Notes: generated by a model not told the origin, from the letters alone. Shown: positions 47,392-57,370, numbered from the whole stretch's first letter. The stretch: 63,715 nt of DNA, filler included, from Candidatus Desantisbacteria bacterium CG1_02_49_89 (GCA_001871075.1; 5 parts of 5 records of this genome joined end to end with filler, not necessarily neighbours in it); one strand, 5' to 3'. Made by a program: numbers and translations.

Positions 47392-47964
47392 ATGGCTGAA
47401 TTGACAAATGAGCAGAAGGGCGTCCTTAAGGATCTTCTTACAAACCTTGGCGGAAGAACAAGCGAGTCTTTCTCGAAGGTCGCTAAAAGAAGGGTAGAGG
47501 TTAAATACACCAAGTGGGAAATAGAGGATTACCAAAAATTCATCGAATACCTCCCGCACTTCACCGCGATAGGGATATTCGGGACCGAACTGTCCAAGGA
47601 CCAGATACTTATTGACGCGCATCCGTCTTTGTCCTACTACCTGCTGGACAAGCTGCTGGGCGGGAAAGGGGAAGCCGGGATTATCGAAGGAAAGAAAATG
47701 ACAGAGATAGAAAGGGTGCTTTTCCAGGATTTTGTTTTCGCGGGACTTACGCAATCCTGGGAAGAAGGCTGGGAAAACATCACGGGGCTGCAGCTCAAAA
47801 TGAGCCTTATAAGGGTTGAGAGCGACCCGTTCCTTACCAGAAGGATGGACGGCAAATTCGTGCACGCCTTTATGGAATGCCAGTTCGAAAAAGGCAAGGA
47901 AGAAATAAACGTCTGCATCCCGCACAAAGTCGCGGAGATGATCGGCGCCGCCCCGCAAGCATAA
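47392..47964 (+). CDS. fliM: FliM middle (CheC-like) domain only
   Basis: YQKFIEYLP, LLDKLLGGKG (GGxG), MTEIER, INVCIP; no N-terminal LSQxEID peptide and no C-terminal SPOA domain; start after GGAG. Confidence 0.78.
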   Translation: MAELTNEQKGVLKDLLTNLGGRTSESFSKVAKRRVEVKYTKWEIEDYQKFIEYLPHFTAIGIFGTELSKDQILIDAHPSLSYYLLDKLLGGKGEAGIIEGKKMTEIERVLFQDFVFAGLTQSWEEGWENITGLQLKMSLIRVESDPFLTRRMDGKFVHAFMECQFEKGKEEINVCIPHKVAEMIGAAPQA

Positions 47965-48121
47965 AATCCGTCGAGCGTCGTAGGTCGTACGTAAATACCG
48001 TCATACGTCGTAGGTCGTACGTTTTAAGATTATGTGTATGACGCATGACGAATGACGAATAATCACTGTAATCATCTTTAAAAAATCACTGTAATCGTCT
48101 TTAAGGAAAAGGGGAGTAAAT

Positions 48122-49252
48122 ATGCGCGTTAAATTGACGAAGTCAATGATACTGGCCATAATGATCATGCTGACCGCCGGCAATGCGGTATACGGGAGCT
48201 TCAACCGCACGACAGGCCTGATAAACATCCCCACGGCCGGAACAACGCTGAAAGAAGGCGATTTTGAAAAAGGCCTTCTGGTGAATTTCTCCTCCGAAAT
48301 ATTCACGATGGATATGAAACTCAACTACGGCATCAACGACAGGTGCGAAATAGGCATATCCATATTTGACGCGTTCGGCTCAGCGGCAACCAAGGCGAAT
48401 TTCCACTGGCAGGTACTCGGCGGAAAAAAGATACAGATGGCCCTGGGTATCCAGAACATACCTCTTGCCGGCGATATCAACCTTGTTCCTAATTCGCTTT
48501 CCCCGTATGCGGTTTTTACCCTTTATGTGATCCCGAGTATGTCGCTCAATGTGGGGATGGGAGGCGGCAGGTTCAGAAGCGAAACCCTTGCTCCGGGGTT
48601 CGGCGGGTTTTTCGCAGGCATAGAGTTCCTTATCAAGTCCACGAAACTCGGATTTGAATACGACGGCAACTGGCTTAACGTCGGAATTAAATACAACCTT
48701 ACGCCAAACATAATACTCGAAGGCGCGGGGATACGCCTAAATGATACCGCGAAAGGCCTTGCTGCGACCGTGGGCGTCAGCATCATAGATTTCCCCAAGA
48801 GGCAGTCCGCGGAAATATCGGAAGGCGTGATCAGCAAAGACGAGATAACAAAAATAATAAACGACCAGATAATGAAAATAATGCCTATAGAGGAAAAACC
48901 TGCGGGTCCGGGCATGGGCGAAACCCCCGGAGGAAGGCTTACCGGGATCAAAGAAGACCAGGCAACTATGGACAACCTTGCGTTCGAGCACGCCCAGGCG
49001 GGCACGCGCTATTACTTCCAGGGTGAATACGCCAAGGCGGTTGACGAGTTCAAAATGGCGATCGCGATGAATGAAAATATTTTCATATTCCACTGCCAGC
49101 TCGGTTCCGTGTATTACAAACTCGGGATGATCGACAGCGCGGTCTCGGAATGGAACAGGGCGCTTGAGATCAACCCCAACGACAAGAATCTCAGCGAATT
49201 CCTGTTAAAAGTGCTTGAGGGCAAAATGGAAGCGGACCTCGCCCCGCGTTAG
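48122..49252 (+). CDS. YjbH-like outer-membrane beta-barrel with C-terminal TPR domain
   Basis: Signal peptide; TTGLINIPTA..L; FFAGIEF, EYDG..LNVG; TPR G..Y..G.Y..A...F..A and LG.VY...G. Confidence 0.7.
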   Translation: MRVKLTKSMILAIMIMLTAGNAVYGSFNRTTGLINIPTAGTTLKEGDFEKGLLVNFSSEIFTMDMKLNYGINDRCEIGISIFDAFGSAATKANFHWQVLGGKKIQMALGIQNIPLAGDINLVPNSLSPYAVFTLYVIPSMSLNVGMGGGRFRSETLAPGFGGFFAGIEFLIKSTKLGFEYDGNWLNVGIKYNLTPNIILEGAGIRLNDTAKGLAATVGVSIIDFPKRQSAEISEGVISKDEITKIINDQIMKIMPIEEKPAGPGMGETPGGRLTGIKEDQATMDNLAFEHAQAGTRYYFQGEYAKAVDEFKMAIAMNENIFIFHCQLGSVYYKLGMIDSAVSEWNRALEINPNDKNLSEFLLKVLEGKMEADLAPR

Positions 49253-49357
49253 CATTCGTAACGTCGTGCGTCGTTCTTCGTGCATCGTCAAAACTGTTGC
49301 GTGTTGCCGTGTTTAGCGTGTTACGTGTTAAATCTTAAAAATTTTGAAAATTTTTTG

Positions 49358-49410
49358 GGAGTAGGGGCTTTAGCCCCGTAATTATATCGTGAGCCTAAAG
49401 GCTCTACTCC
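49358..49410. repeat. GTAG REPIN
   Basis: ggagtaggggctttagcccc ... gagcctaaaggctctactcc. Confidence 0.8.
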
Positions 49411-49477
49411 AAAAGACTCTATTCCAGTTTTAAAATCCGTGAAAATCCGTGGCAATCCGTGGTTAAATAGGAATGAT

Positions 49478-49687
49478 ATGATAAAAGTGACGAAATTCGA
49501 CGGGAATACAATTGTTATAAACGCGGATATGATAGAAACGGTGGAATGCACCCCCGACACCGTTATTTCCCTGACCACAAAAAATAAGATACTGGTCAAG
49601 GAATCAATTGATGAAGTGATTGCAAAGGTCCTCGCGTATAAACAGCAGGTGCACAAGTTCCCGGAACAGAGCGGATCTAATAATTAA
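49478..49687 (+). CDS. flbD: FlbD/SwrD family protein
   Basis: MIKVTKFDG..IVINADMIETVECTPDTVISLT...ILVKESIDEVI..V..YK. Confidence 0.92.
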   Translation: MIKVTKFDGNTIVINADMIETVECTPDTVISLTTKNKILVKESIDEVIAKVLAYKQQVHKFPEQSGSNN

Positions 49688-49754
49688 ATTCAGTGACAAG
49701 TAACAAGTGACAAGTAACAAGTTAAAAACTGGACACTGGATACTGGACACTGGA

Positions 49755-49854
49755 NNNNNNNNNNNNNNNNNNNNNNNNNNNNNNNNNNNNNNNNNNNNTT
49801 AATTAATTAANNNNNNNNNNNNNNNNNNNNNNNNNNNNNNNNNNNNNNNNNNNN
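49755..49854. other. Assembly gap with artificial linker
   Basis: N run with TTAATTAATTAA. Confidence 0.97.
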
Positions 49855-49856
49855 AG

Positions 49857-50582
49857 ACCAGCCACATAGACAGCATGACAGACCCCCTCCTGGACGTGGA
49901 CATAAACTGCAGGGGCAACATAATCTTCCTTGAAGCATGCCGCAGGCTAAATCCGTCAGTAAAAATAATTTATGCCGGAACAAGGGGCCAGTACGGGAGG
50001 GTGAAATACGTTCCCGTTGACGAAGAGCATCCCCTGAACCCGACCGACGTTTACGGCGTCAACAAGACCGCGGGCGAAAAATACCATTTCCTTTACGCCA
50101 ATTCGTACGGGCTGAAGGTCTGCAGCCTGCGCGTTAACAACTCATACGGCCCCAGGCACCAGATGAAGCACGGCAAATACGGCATCCTGAACTGGTTCAT
50201 AAGGCTGGCTATGGAGGGCGGCATCATCAAGGTCTTCGGCGACGGCACCCAGCTGAGGGATTTCAACTACGTGGACGATGTCACGTCGGCTTTCATCGCG
50301 GCAGGGGCATCGGAAAGGTCCGAAGGGAAGATCTACAACCTTGGCAGCGGCGTGCCTGTCAGGTTCATAGAGCTGGTGGAGAAGATCCTTAAAACCGTTG
50401 GCTCCGGCAGGATGGAAAAGGTTCCCTGGCCCAAGGAAAGAAAAGACATAGAGGCCGGGGATTACGTCGCAAGCTATGAAAAAATAGAAAAGGAGCTGGG
50501 GTGGAAGCCCGCGACAGGCCTGGACGAAGGCCTGCGCAGAACAGTGGAATACTACAGAAAATACAGGGATAAATACTGGTAA
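49857..50582 (+). CDS. NAD-dependent epimerase/dehydratase (5'-truncated by the gap)
   Basis: YGVNK (YxxxK), YGPR, GDGTQLRDFNYVDD, LGWKP. Confidence 0.9.
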   Translation, partial: TSHIDSMTDPLLDVDINCRGNIIFLEACRRLNPSVKIIYAGTRGQYGRVKYVPVDEEHPLNPTDVYGVNKTAGEKYHFLYANSYGLKVCSLRVNNSYGPRHQMKHGKYGILNWFIRLAMEGGIIKVFGDGTQLRDFNYVDDVTSAFIAAGASERSEGKIYNLGSGVPVRFIELVEKILKTVGSGRMEKVPWPKERKDIEAGDYVASYEKIEKELGWKPATGLDEGLRRTVEYYRKYRDKYW

Positions 50583-50660
50583 GGCAAAATGCCTTACCTG
50601 ATTACACAGATCAGGGTGCAGATTACACAGATTAAAACTAAAGAAGTTCAAGATGCCAAA

Positions 50661-51365
50661 ATGAAACCTGAATTTTCATTGGTTATCCCTTTTTATAACG
50701 AGGAGGAAAACGCGGAAAGGGTATGCCTTGAGATCGTTAACGAATTCGACAGCCGCGAGCTGGACTACGAGCTTATCGCGGTCAATAACGGCTGCGCGGA
50801 CAGGACCCCGGGCATCCTGCGCAGGCTTTCGGAAAAGCATTCCCGGATTAAAGTGGTGGACGTCGAAAAGAACCAGGGCTACGGTTTCGGCGTGATACAG
50901 GGTTTTCAGCACGCGCGGGGCGGTTACGTGGGTTACTCTACTGGGGACGGGCAGATCTCCGCTTCGGATGTCTTCGGGGTTTTCAGCAGGATGAAGGAAC
51001 AGGGCCTTGATTACGCCCAGGGTAAAAGGGTGCGCAAAGACACCTTCCTGCGCAGGCTCAACACAAAGGTCTTCAACTTCGTGTTCCACGCGTGTTTCCC
51101 GGCAAATGTCTATGACATAGGAAGCAATCCGAAAATAATGAAAAGGGGCATCTTCGAAAGGATCTCGCCGGTTTCCAAGGACTGGTTCATAGACGGCGAG
51201 ATAATCCTGAAATCCTATCTTTTAAAAGGCAGGATGGACGAATTCCCGGTGGCTTTCAGGAAAAGGGAGAAGGGCAGGTCCCACATAAAACTTTCTTCCG
51301 TTTTTGAAATGCTGAAAAATATAGCCAGGTGGAAACTTAGAACTCTTTTCACAAAAGTAGTCTAA
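50661..51365 (+). CDS. Glycosyltransferase family 2
   Basis: SLVIPFYNEE, VNNGCADRT, NQGYG. Confidence 0.9.
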   Translation: MKPEFSLVIPFYNEEENAERVCLEIVNEFDSRELDYELIAVNNGCADRTPGILRRLSEKHSRIKVVDVEKNQGYGFGVIQGFQHARGGYVGYSTGDGQISASDVFGVFSRMKEQGLDYAQGKRVRKDTFLRRLNTKVFNFVFHACFPANVYDIGSNPKIMKRGIFERISPVSKDWFIDGEIILKSYLLKGRMDEFPVAFRKREKGRSHIKLSSVFEMLKNIARWKLRTLFTKVV

Positions 51366-51610
51366 GAAACAGGTCAAGGCTCAAAGGTCAAAACTCCCGC
51401 CTCAACGGCGGGTCGCCGAAGTGGCGACAAAGGTCAAAACGAAAACTTAAGATTTCCACGAAAGCACGAAATAAAATTAGACACAGATTAACACAGATTA
51501 TCGCAGTTTAAACTTTGTAAACTATATAAACTCTGTAAACTTTGTAAACTGTTTTAAACCCATGACTCATGACAAATGACTAATGACTGTTTTTCAAGAG
51601 CGAGGTTATT

Positions 51611-52333
51611 TTGGGTTCTGTTAATCTTTCAGTGATAATCCCGGTTTACAACGAAAGCGACAGGATTTTGCCGGCTCTGGATAAAGTGGTCCCCTACCTG
51701 TCAGGAAAAGGGATCACCTGGGAGGTTATCATCGTAGATGACGGCAGCACGGATAACACCGCGCAGCTTGTCGAAAAATACGCGGCAGGCAGCAGCGGAG
51801 TGAAACTGCTTGCGAACAGCCGCAACCGCGGCAAGGGCTGCGTCGTGCGCCAGGGCGTGCTCGCGTCAAGCGGCGAAAGGGTGCTGTTCACGGACGTGGA
51901 CCTGTCCGCGCCGATAGAGGAAGCGGAAAAGCTTCTGTCCTGCCTTGATGAAGGCTATGACGTGGCGATCGGGTCCAGGGCCCTGAAAGAGTCGAACGCC
52001 AGCACAACATTTCTGAGGAAGTTCATAGGGCTGACGTTCAATTTCATAGTGCGCAAAATGCTCCTTCCCGGTATAGTGGACACGCAGTGCGGCTTCAAAT
52101 GCTTTAAGGGTGACGTTGCAAGGGATCTTTTCAGCAGGCAGAAAACAGAAGGTTTCGGTTTTGACGTGGAAATACTGTGCCTCGCGGACATGGGCGGTTA
52201 CAGGATGAAGCAGGTCCCCATAAACTGGTTTCAGTCGCCCTCAAGCAGGGTCAATATATTCAGGGATTCCATACGCATGTTTTTTGAGATCCTGGAGATC
52301 CGTGGAAGGCTTAAAGATAGGAGGAAAGCATGA
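51611..52333 (+). CDS. GT2, polyprenyl-phosphate glycosyltransferase (DPG synthase-like)
   Basis: IIPVYNE, VDDGSTD, NRGKG, FTDVD, DTQCGFK, FDVEIL. Confidence 0.92.
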   Translation: MGSVNLSVIIPVYNESDRILPALDKVVPYLSGKGITWEVIIVDDGSTDNTAQLVEKYAAGSSGVKLLANSRNRGKGCVVRQGVLASSGERVLFTDVDLSAPIEEAEKLLSCLDEGYDVAIGSRALKESNASTTFLRKFIGLTFNFIVRKMLLPGIVDTQCGFKCFKGDVARDLFSRQKTEGFGFDVEILCLADMGGYRMKQVPINWFQSPSSRVNIFRDSIRMFFEILEIRGRLKDRRKA

Positions 52334-53334
52334 AAGCTCGCGTTTCAAAGAATTTTTGGAGGGATAAGAACGTTCTTGTTACCGGAAGCCTCGGGTTCCT
52401 CAGTTCCTGGCTCATAATCGATCTCCTGGAAAGAGGGGCAGGCGTGACCGGGCTTAACGACGACTACAACCCCCGTTCTCTCCTGCGCCTGAAAGGGCTT
52501 GAAAAGAAAATATGCTTTATACAGGGTTCAATAACCGATTACCCGGCCGTTGAAAGGATCTTCACCCAGTATGACATTCAGGTCTGCTTCCACCTTGCCG
52601 CGCAGACCATAGAGGGCGCGTGCCGCCGTTCGCCCCTTACGGCGTTCGACACGAACATCAAAGGCACCTGGAACATGCTTGAGGCCGCAAGGAACAGTCG
52701 CCAGAATCTGGAGTCGATCGTCATCGCGTCAAGCGACAAGGCATACGGCGAACAGAAAGAGCTTCCTTACCGCGAGGACCAGGAACTGCTGGGTCGTTTT
52801 CCCTACGACGCCTCCAAGGTGTGCGACGAAGTGATCGCGCAGTCTTATTCCCGCACGTTCGGCCTGCCTGTGGGCATAACGCGGTGCGCGAATATTTACG
52901 GGGGCGGAGATTTCCACTGGTCCAGGATAGTGCCGGGAACGATCAGGTCCGTCCTGCGCAATGAAAACCCGGTCATACGGAGCGACGGCACCCCTGTCAG
53001 GGATTATTTGTACGCCGAGGACGCAGCGGACGCCTACATTACGCTTGCGGAAGCAGTGGCAGGCGGCAAGGCGAAAGGGGAGTCGTTCAATTTTTCCGCT
53101 GAGCACCACAAGAGCGTGCTGGAGATCGTTAAGATGATAATCGCGGTCTCGGGAAAGAAGAACATAAGACCGGATGTTCAGGGTAAGGGCAAGCCGTACC
53201 AGGAGATCGACCGCCAGATCCTTTCCGCGGCAAAGGCCGGTAAGGTCCTGGGCTGGAAGGCCGGGTATTCGCTTGAAGAAGGGCTGAAAAAAACCTTTGA
53301 TTGGTACGTGAAATACGCAGCGGAGTACCTGTGA
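52330..53334 (+). CDS. NDP-sugar 4,6-dehydratase/epimerase (RfbG-like)
   Basis: FW..KNVLVTG..GF, SSDKAYG, PYDASK, NIYGGGD. Confidence 0.88.
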   Translation: MKARVSKNFWRDKNVLVTGSLGFLSSWLIIDLLERGAGVTGLNDDYNPRSLLRLKGLEKKICFIQGSITDYPAVERIFTQYDIQVCFHLAAQTIEGACRRSPLTAFDTNIKGTWNMLEAARNSRQNLESIVIASSDKAYGEQKELPYREDQELLGRFPYDASKVCDEVIAQSYSRTFGLPVGITRCANIYGGGDFHWSRIVPGTIRSVLRNENPVIRSDGTPVRDYLYAEDAADAYITLAEAVAGGKAKGESFNFSAEHHKSVLEIVKMIIAVSGKKNIRPDVQGKGKPYQEIDRQILSAAKAGKVLGWKAGYSLEEGLKKTFDWYVKYAAEYL

Positions 53335-54728
53335 AAATAATGCTTGTTTTCCCTCCCATACTCGGCGAAGAAAGATACGGCAAGCTGGCAGGAGCCGGCT
53401 CGTACCTGCCGCCACTTGGGCTGCTTTACCTTGCGGCCGTTGTCCGAGATAAGCACGAAGTGAAAATAATCGACGGGGGAGTGCTGGATATCACCGTTGA
53501 TGACGTGGTCGAAGAGGTCAGGCGCTGGAAACCCGGTATGGTGGGCGTTACGGCGTTTACACCCACCGTTTACCGCGCGTCCGCGATATGCAAGGCTGTA
53601 AAGGAATTTGACAAAGGCATAATCACCGTGATGGGAGGCCCGCATCCGTCCGCGCTTCCCGAAGAATCCATGAAGGACGCCAGCGTTGACGTTGTTGTGG
53701 TCGGCGAAGGCGAAAGGATCCTGAAAGAGCTGGTCGAAGCCCTTGAAAAGGGCGGCGATCTTTCGGCTGTCAGGGGAATATTATACAGGAAGGACGGCAA
53801 AGTGGTCTCAAACCCTTTGCAGGAAAGGATCCCGCAGCTTGACGAACTGCCTTTTCCGGCAAGGGACATGGTGGACATGGGGGTTTACAGGCCCTCGGTG
53901 CTGCACTACAAGAATTTTCCGGCGTTCTCAGTGATGTGCGGCAGGGGCTGCCCGCACAGGTGCACGTTCTGTTCGTGCGCGAAGGTGTTCCGCGGAAGGG
54001 TCACTATGAGGAGCCCGGAGAACGTGATCGGGGAAATAAAATTCCTCATCGATAAATACGGCGCCAGGGAGATAATGGTCTGGGACGACACATTCGGCAT
54101 TTTCAAGGACTGGACCGTGAAATTCTGCGATATGATCAAGCCGCTCAATGTCACCTGGTCCGCGTGGATGAGGGCTGACCTTGCAGACCCGGATATCCTC
54201 AAAAAGATGGCCGGAAGCGGGTGCTGGCATATTTCATACGGGGTTGAGTCAGGCAACCAGAAGGTGCTGGACACGATAAAGAAGGGATTCACGGTTGAGC
54301 AGGTCAGGAAGGCGTTCAAATGGACCCACGAAGCGGGCATGGAAGCGCGCGGCACGTTCATCCTGGGCCTGCCCAACGAAACCTGGGACACGATGATGGA
54401 CACCATCAATATAGCCATAGAAATAAAAGCGGACTACGCCCAGTTCCAGCTCCTGACCCCTTACCCGGGCACCGAGTTGTGGGACACGATAAACCAGTAC
54501 GGGGAATTCACCACCAACGACCTTTCCAAATACACCATATGGTTCCCGGTATTCGTGCCCAAAGGGCTTACGAAGGAAAGGCTTGAGCAGGCGCACAAGC
54601 TTGCATACAGGAAATTCTATTTCCGCGCCGGCTACATCTGGCAGAATCTTTCGAAAATAAGGTCCTGGGACGACATAAAGCGCGATTTCATAGGGCTGAG
54701 CGCGCTTTTTAAATTCAACAGGGACTGA
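53331..54728 (+). CDS. B12-binding radical SAM protein
   Basis: PPLGLLYLAA, GGPHPS, GEGE, RGCPHRCTFC, GVESG, PYPGT. Confidence 0.93.
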   Translation: MKIMLVFPPILGEERYGKLAGAGSYLPPLGLLYLAAVVRDKHEVKIIDGGVLDITVDDVVEEVRRWKPGMVGVTAFTPTVYRASAICKAVKEFDKGIITVMGGPHPSALPEESMKDASVDVVVVGEGERILKELVEALEKGGDLSAVRGILYRKDGKVVSNPLQERIPQLDELPFPARDMVDMGVYRPSVLHYKNFPAFSVMCGRGCPHRCTFCSCAKVFRGRVTMRSPENVIGEIKFLIDKYGAREIMVWDDTFGIFKDWTVKFCDMIKPLNVTWSAWMRADLADPDILKKMAGSGCWHISYGVESGNQKVLDTIKKGFTVEQVRKAFKWTHEAGMEARGTFILGLPNETWDTMMDTINIAIEIKADYAQFQLLTPYPGTELWDTINQYGEFTTNDLSKYTIWFPVFVPKGLTKERLEQAHKLAYRKFYFRAGYIWQNLSKIRSWDDIKRDFIGLSALFKFNRD

Positions 54729-54740
54729 GGGAAATAAAAA

Positions 54741-55652
54741 ATGGCAGGTTCGCCGCTGGGCAGGATCTTCAAGCTGCTTTCCGGGTACGGGGACTCAAAA
54801 AGCACGGGTTTCCGCCCCCTGAAAGCCATGCAGAAGCGTTTCTACCAGTGGGCGCTGATGCATCCCGTGTTCTCATTCAAGGCCTTCCACCTCTTTATTT
54901 CGCCTTTTATAAAAGAAACGGCAATGGTCCAGGGCCACAGGATGCACCTTGACAAAGGTGACAGCCTCGGCCTTTCAGTGTTCGGGGTTTTCGAGCCCTT
55001 CATGACAAAGATCATCGCCGGAGAGATAAAGGAAGGGGACACGGTTGTGGACGTGGGCGCGAGCATCGGCTATTACACGCTGACGTTTGCCAGGCTTGTC
55101 GGCGAAAAAGGAAAGGTTTACGCTTTTGAGCCCGCTCCGGACATATTCGCGCTCCTGGAGAAGAACGTTAAGGAGAACGGTTATAAAAACGTTATCCTGA
55201 ACAATAAGGCGGTGTCGGACAAGACCGGTAAAGCCAGGCTGTACCTGTGCGATTACAACAACATGGCGCATACGTTGAGCAGGACCAGGGAAGGCGCGGG
55301 ATCAGTGGAGGTCGAAACAGTAAGGCTGGATGATTATTTCAGGGACCGCGGCGGAAAGATCGATTTTGTGAAGATCGACGTCGAAGGCGCTGAGTGCGCC
55401 GCCGTGAGGGGAATGGAACAGGTCCTGCGCGCCAGCCGGTCAATAAAACTGGCAACGGAATACCATCCCAAATGGCTTACTTCTTTCGGCTCAAGCGGAA
55501 AAGAATACCTGGAGCTGATCTCAAGCCTGGGGTTCGGCATCAGCGACATAAACGAAGAAACGGAGCAGGTTGAGCCTTCGGATGCGGATAAAATACTGAA
55601 AAAATATTCTCCAGAGAAAAGGACATGGACCAATCTGTTGTGCGTGAAATAA
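54741..55652 (+). CDS. FkbM-family methyltransferase
   Basis: VDVGASIGYY, YAFEP, KIDVEGAE. Confidence 0.93.
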   Translation: MAGSPLGRIFKLLSGYGDSKSTGFRPLKAMQKRFYQWALMHPVFSFKAFHLFISPFIKETAMVQGHRMHLDKGDSLGLSVFGVFEPFMTKIIAGEIKEGDTVVDVGASIGYYTLTFARLVGEKGKVYAFEPAPDIFALLEKNVKENGYKNVILNNKAVSDKTGKARLYLCDYNNMAHTLSRTREGAGSVEVETVRLDDYFRDRGGKIDFVKIDVEGAECAAVRGMEQVLRASRSIKLATEYHPKWLTSFGSSGKEYLELISSLGFGISDINEETEQVEPSDADKILKKYSPEKRTWTNLLCVK

Positions 55653-55671
55653 ACATAAGGCAGGACCGGGC

Positions 55672-57007
55672 ATGAAACAAAATCAAATGATATTCCTGAT
55701 CGTCGCCCTTTCGCTCCTGCTTGGCCTGCCGGGGATCCGGTGGGGGCTTCCGAGCGCTGAAAGGAACGGCCTGTATTTTTCCTCTGAATCCGGGATCAGG
55801 AGATCCCTTGAGGGTGTGGACAGCGAAGCGGTCACGGTTTCGATGTCCGAAAAAAAAGAAGGTCTTTCGGGTTCGGCTTTCGCGCCGATCAAAAGCTACC
55901 ATCCGGACGAATCCAATTTCATAAAGGCTGTCAGCAACATGAAGCCGAAGAAGCTCGATTTCAACCCGCACTACCTTTATTACGGCACGCTGTATGTTTA
56001 TTCTTTTGCCGCCGCGCTCGCCGCGGGCGCTGTGTTCAGGGTCATAAAGCCCACAACCGACATACTTTTTTATTTCCTGAATCCCGGCGAGATCGCGAAG
56101 TTCTATGTCGCCGGCAGGCTCGTTTCCGTTTTATTCGCCGCGCTCCTGGTTTTTATCGTATACCGCGCCTCAAGGAAGCTGTACGGCGAGAACGCGGGGC
56201 TTATTGCCGCGCTTTTCACCGCGCTTTCCCCGGCCCTCGTGGTGAATTCGCATTTCCTTTCGGTGGACGTCACGATGTCCTTTTTTGTCTGTCTTACGAT
56301 GCTTTTCGCCGCGAAGATATTCGATTCCCGGGACGTGAAATGGTACGTCCTGGCCGGAGTATGCGCGGGGCTGGCGGCGCAGTCCAAATACAATGCCGCC
56401 GCGGTCATACTGGCGGTGCCTGCTGCCGGACTGCTGGGCACATACAGGAAAAAGACGGATATTCTTTTATGCTGGTTTGAAAAAAAGGCGCTTCTGAGCT
56501 ACGCGTGCGCGCTGGCTGTTTTTTTCCTGTTCCTGTCGCCGTTCATTTTCACCGCTGCCCCGGAATTCACGCACAAATTCTTGGCCGCGATGTTCAGGAC
56601 GGGGCCGAAGCTGGGGAACGCTGCCAGCAATTTCCTGTTTTTCATAAAAGCCGTATATCACGGAATGGGCCTTCCGCTTTCCCTGCTTGCCGCCGCGGGG
56701 ATAATCATGGCTGTTATAAAAAGGGAAAAAGCCGATATATTCCTTATTTTCTGGATAGCCCTCAACACGCTGATACTGATAACAATGTCCCCTGTTGGCG
56801 ACAGGCACATGAGGTACCTGCTCATAATACTGCCGTCGCTTGCGATCCTTGCCGCCAGGTTTATGGCGGTTGTATTCGCCATCCGCCCGGCAGGCAGGGT
56901 ACTCCTGCTTCTTGCCTGCGTTCCGACCCTGCTTTTCAGCGCGGGTTATGACAGGGTTTTTATGCAGGAAAACACCCGGACCTCGGCCGGGAAATGGATC
57001 GCGCAGA
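55672..57007 (+). CDS. ArnT/PMT_2 (GT-C) membrane glycosyltransferase, 3'-truncated by the gap
   Basis: GIRWGLP, HPDE, GRLVS, GLA..SKY, RYL..LP; multiple TM segments. Confidence 0.85.
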
Positions 57008-57107
57008 NNNNNNNNNNNNNNNNNNNNNNNNNNNNNNNNNNNNNNNNNNNNTTAATTAATTAANNNNNNNNNNNNNNNNNNNNNNNNNNNNNNNNNNNNN
57101 NNNNNNN
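57008..57107. other. Assembly gap with artificial linker
   Basis: N run with TTAATTAATTAA. Confidence 0.97.
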
Positions 57108-57221
57108 GCGACAGGGGATAAGCTGACTGTTTCGGCAAGGGCGTGGTGCCAGACAGACGAAGTTGAGGCAGTCGTTTCCGACATGACCGTAAAGATAAGG
57201 GAACTGGTAGATAAAAGTTAA
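57108..57221 (+). CDS. 3' end of a truncated gene, possibly an MscS-family channel
   Basis: Manual translation ATGDKLTVSARAWCQTDEVEAVVSDMTVKIRELVDKS*. Confidence 0.35.
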   Translation, partial: ATGDKLTVSARAWCQTDEVEAVVSDMTVKIRELVDKS

Positions 57222-57347
57222 AGGTTGAAAGTTGAAGGTTAAAAGTTGAAAAGAAAAAAATAACTCAAAGGTCAAAAGTCAAAGGTCAAAAGTCAAAGTT
57301 AAAATTCCTTAGTTTTGCGCTTTGCGATTTGACCTTTGCGCTTTGAG
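57214..57347. repeat. Heptamer arms (TTGAAAG, TCAAAAG / CTTTGCG)
   Basis: aaagttaaaggttgaaagttgaagg; caaaggtcaaaagtcaaaggtcaaaagt ... tttgcgctttgcgatttgacctttgcgctttg. Confidence 0.75.
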
Positions 57348-57370
57348 ATCTGATTTAATTTGGTGATGAA

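Noticed and set aside
12983-57107. TTAATTAATTAA palindrome repeated four times within N runs
   Set aside because: Artificial all-frame-stop linker in 100-nt assembly gaps; not biological.
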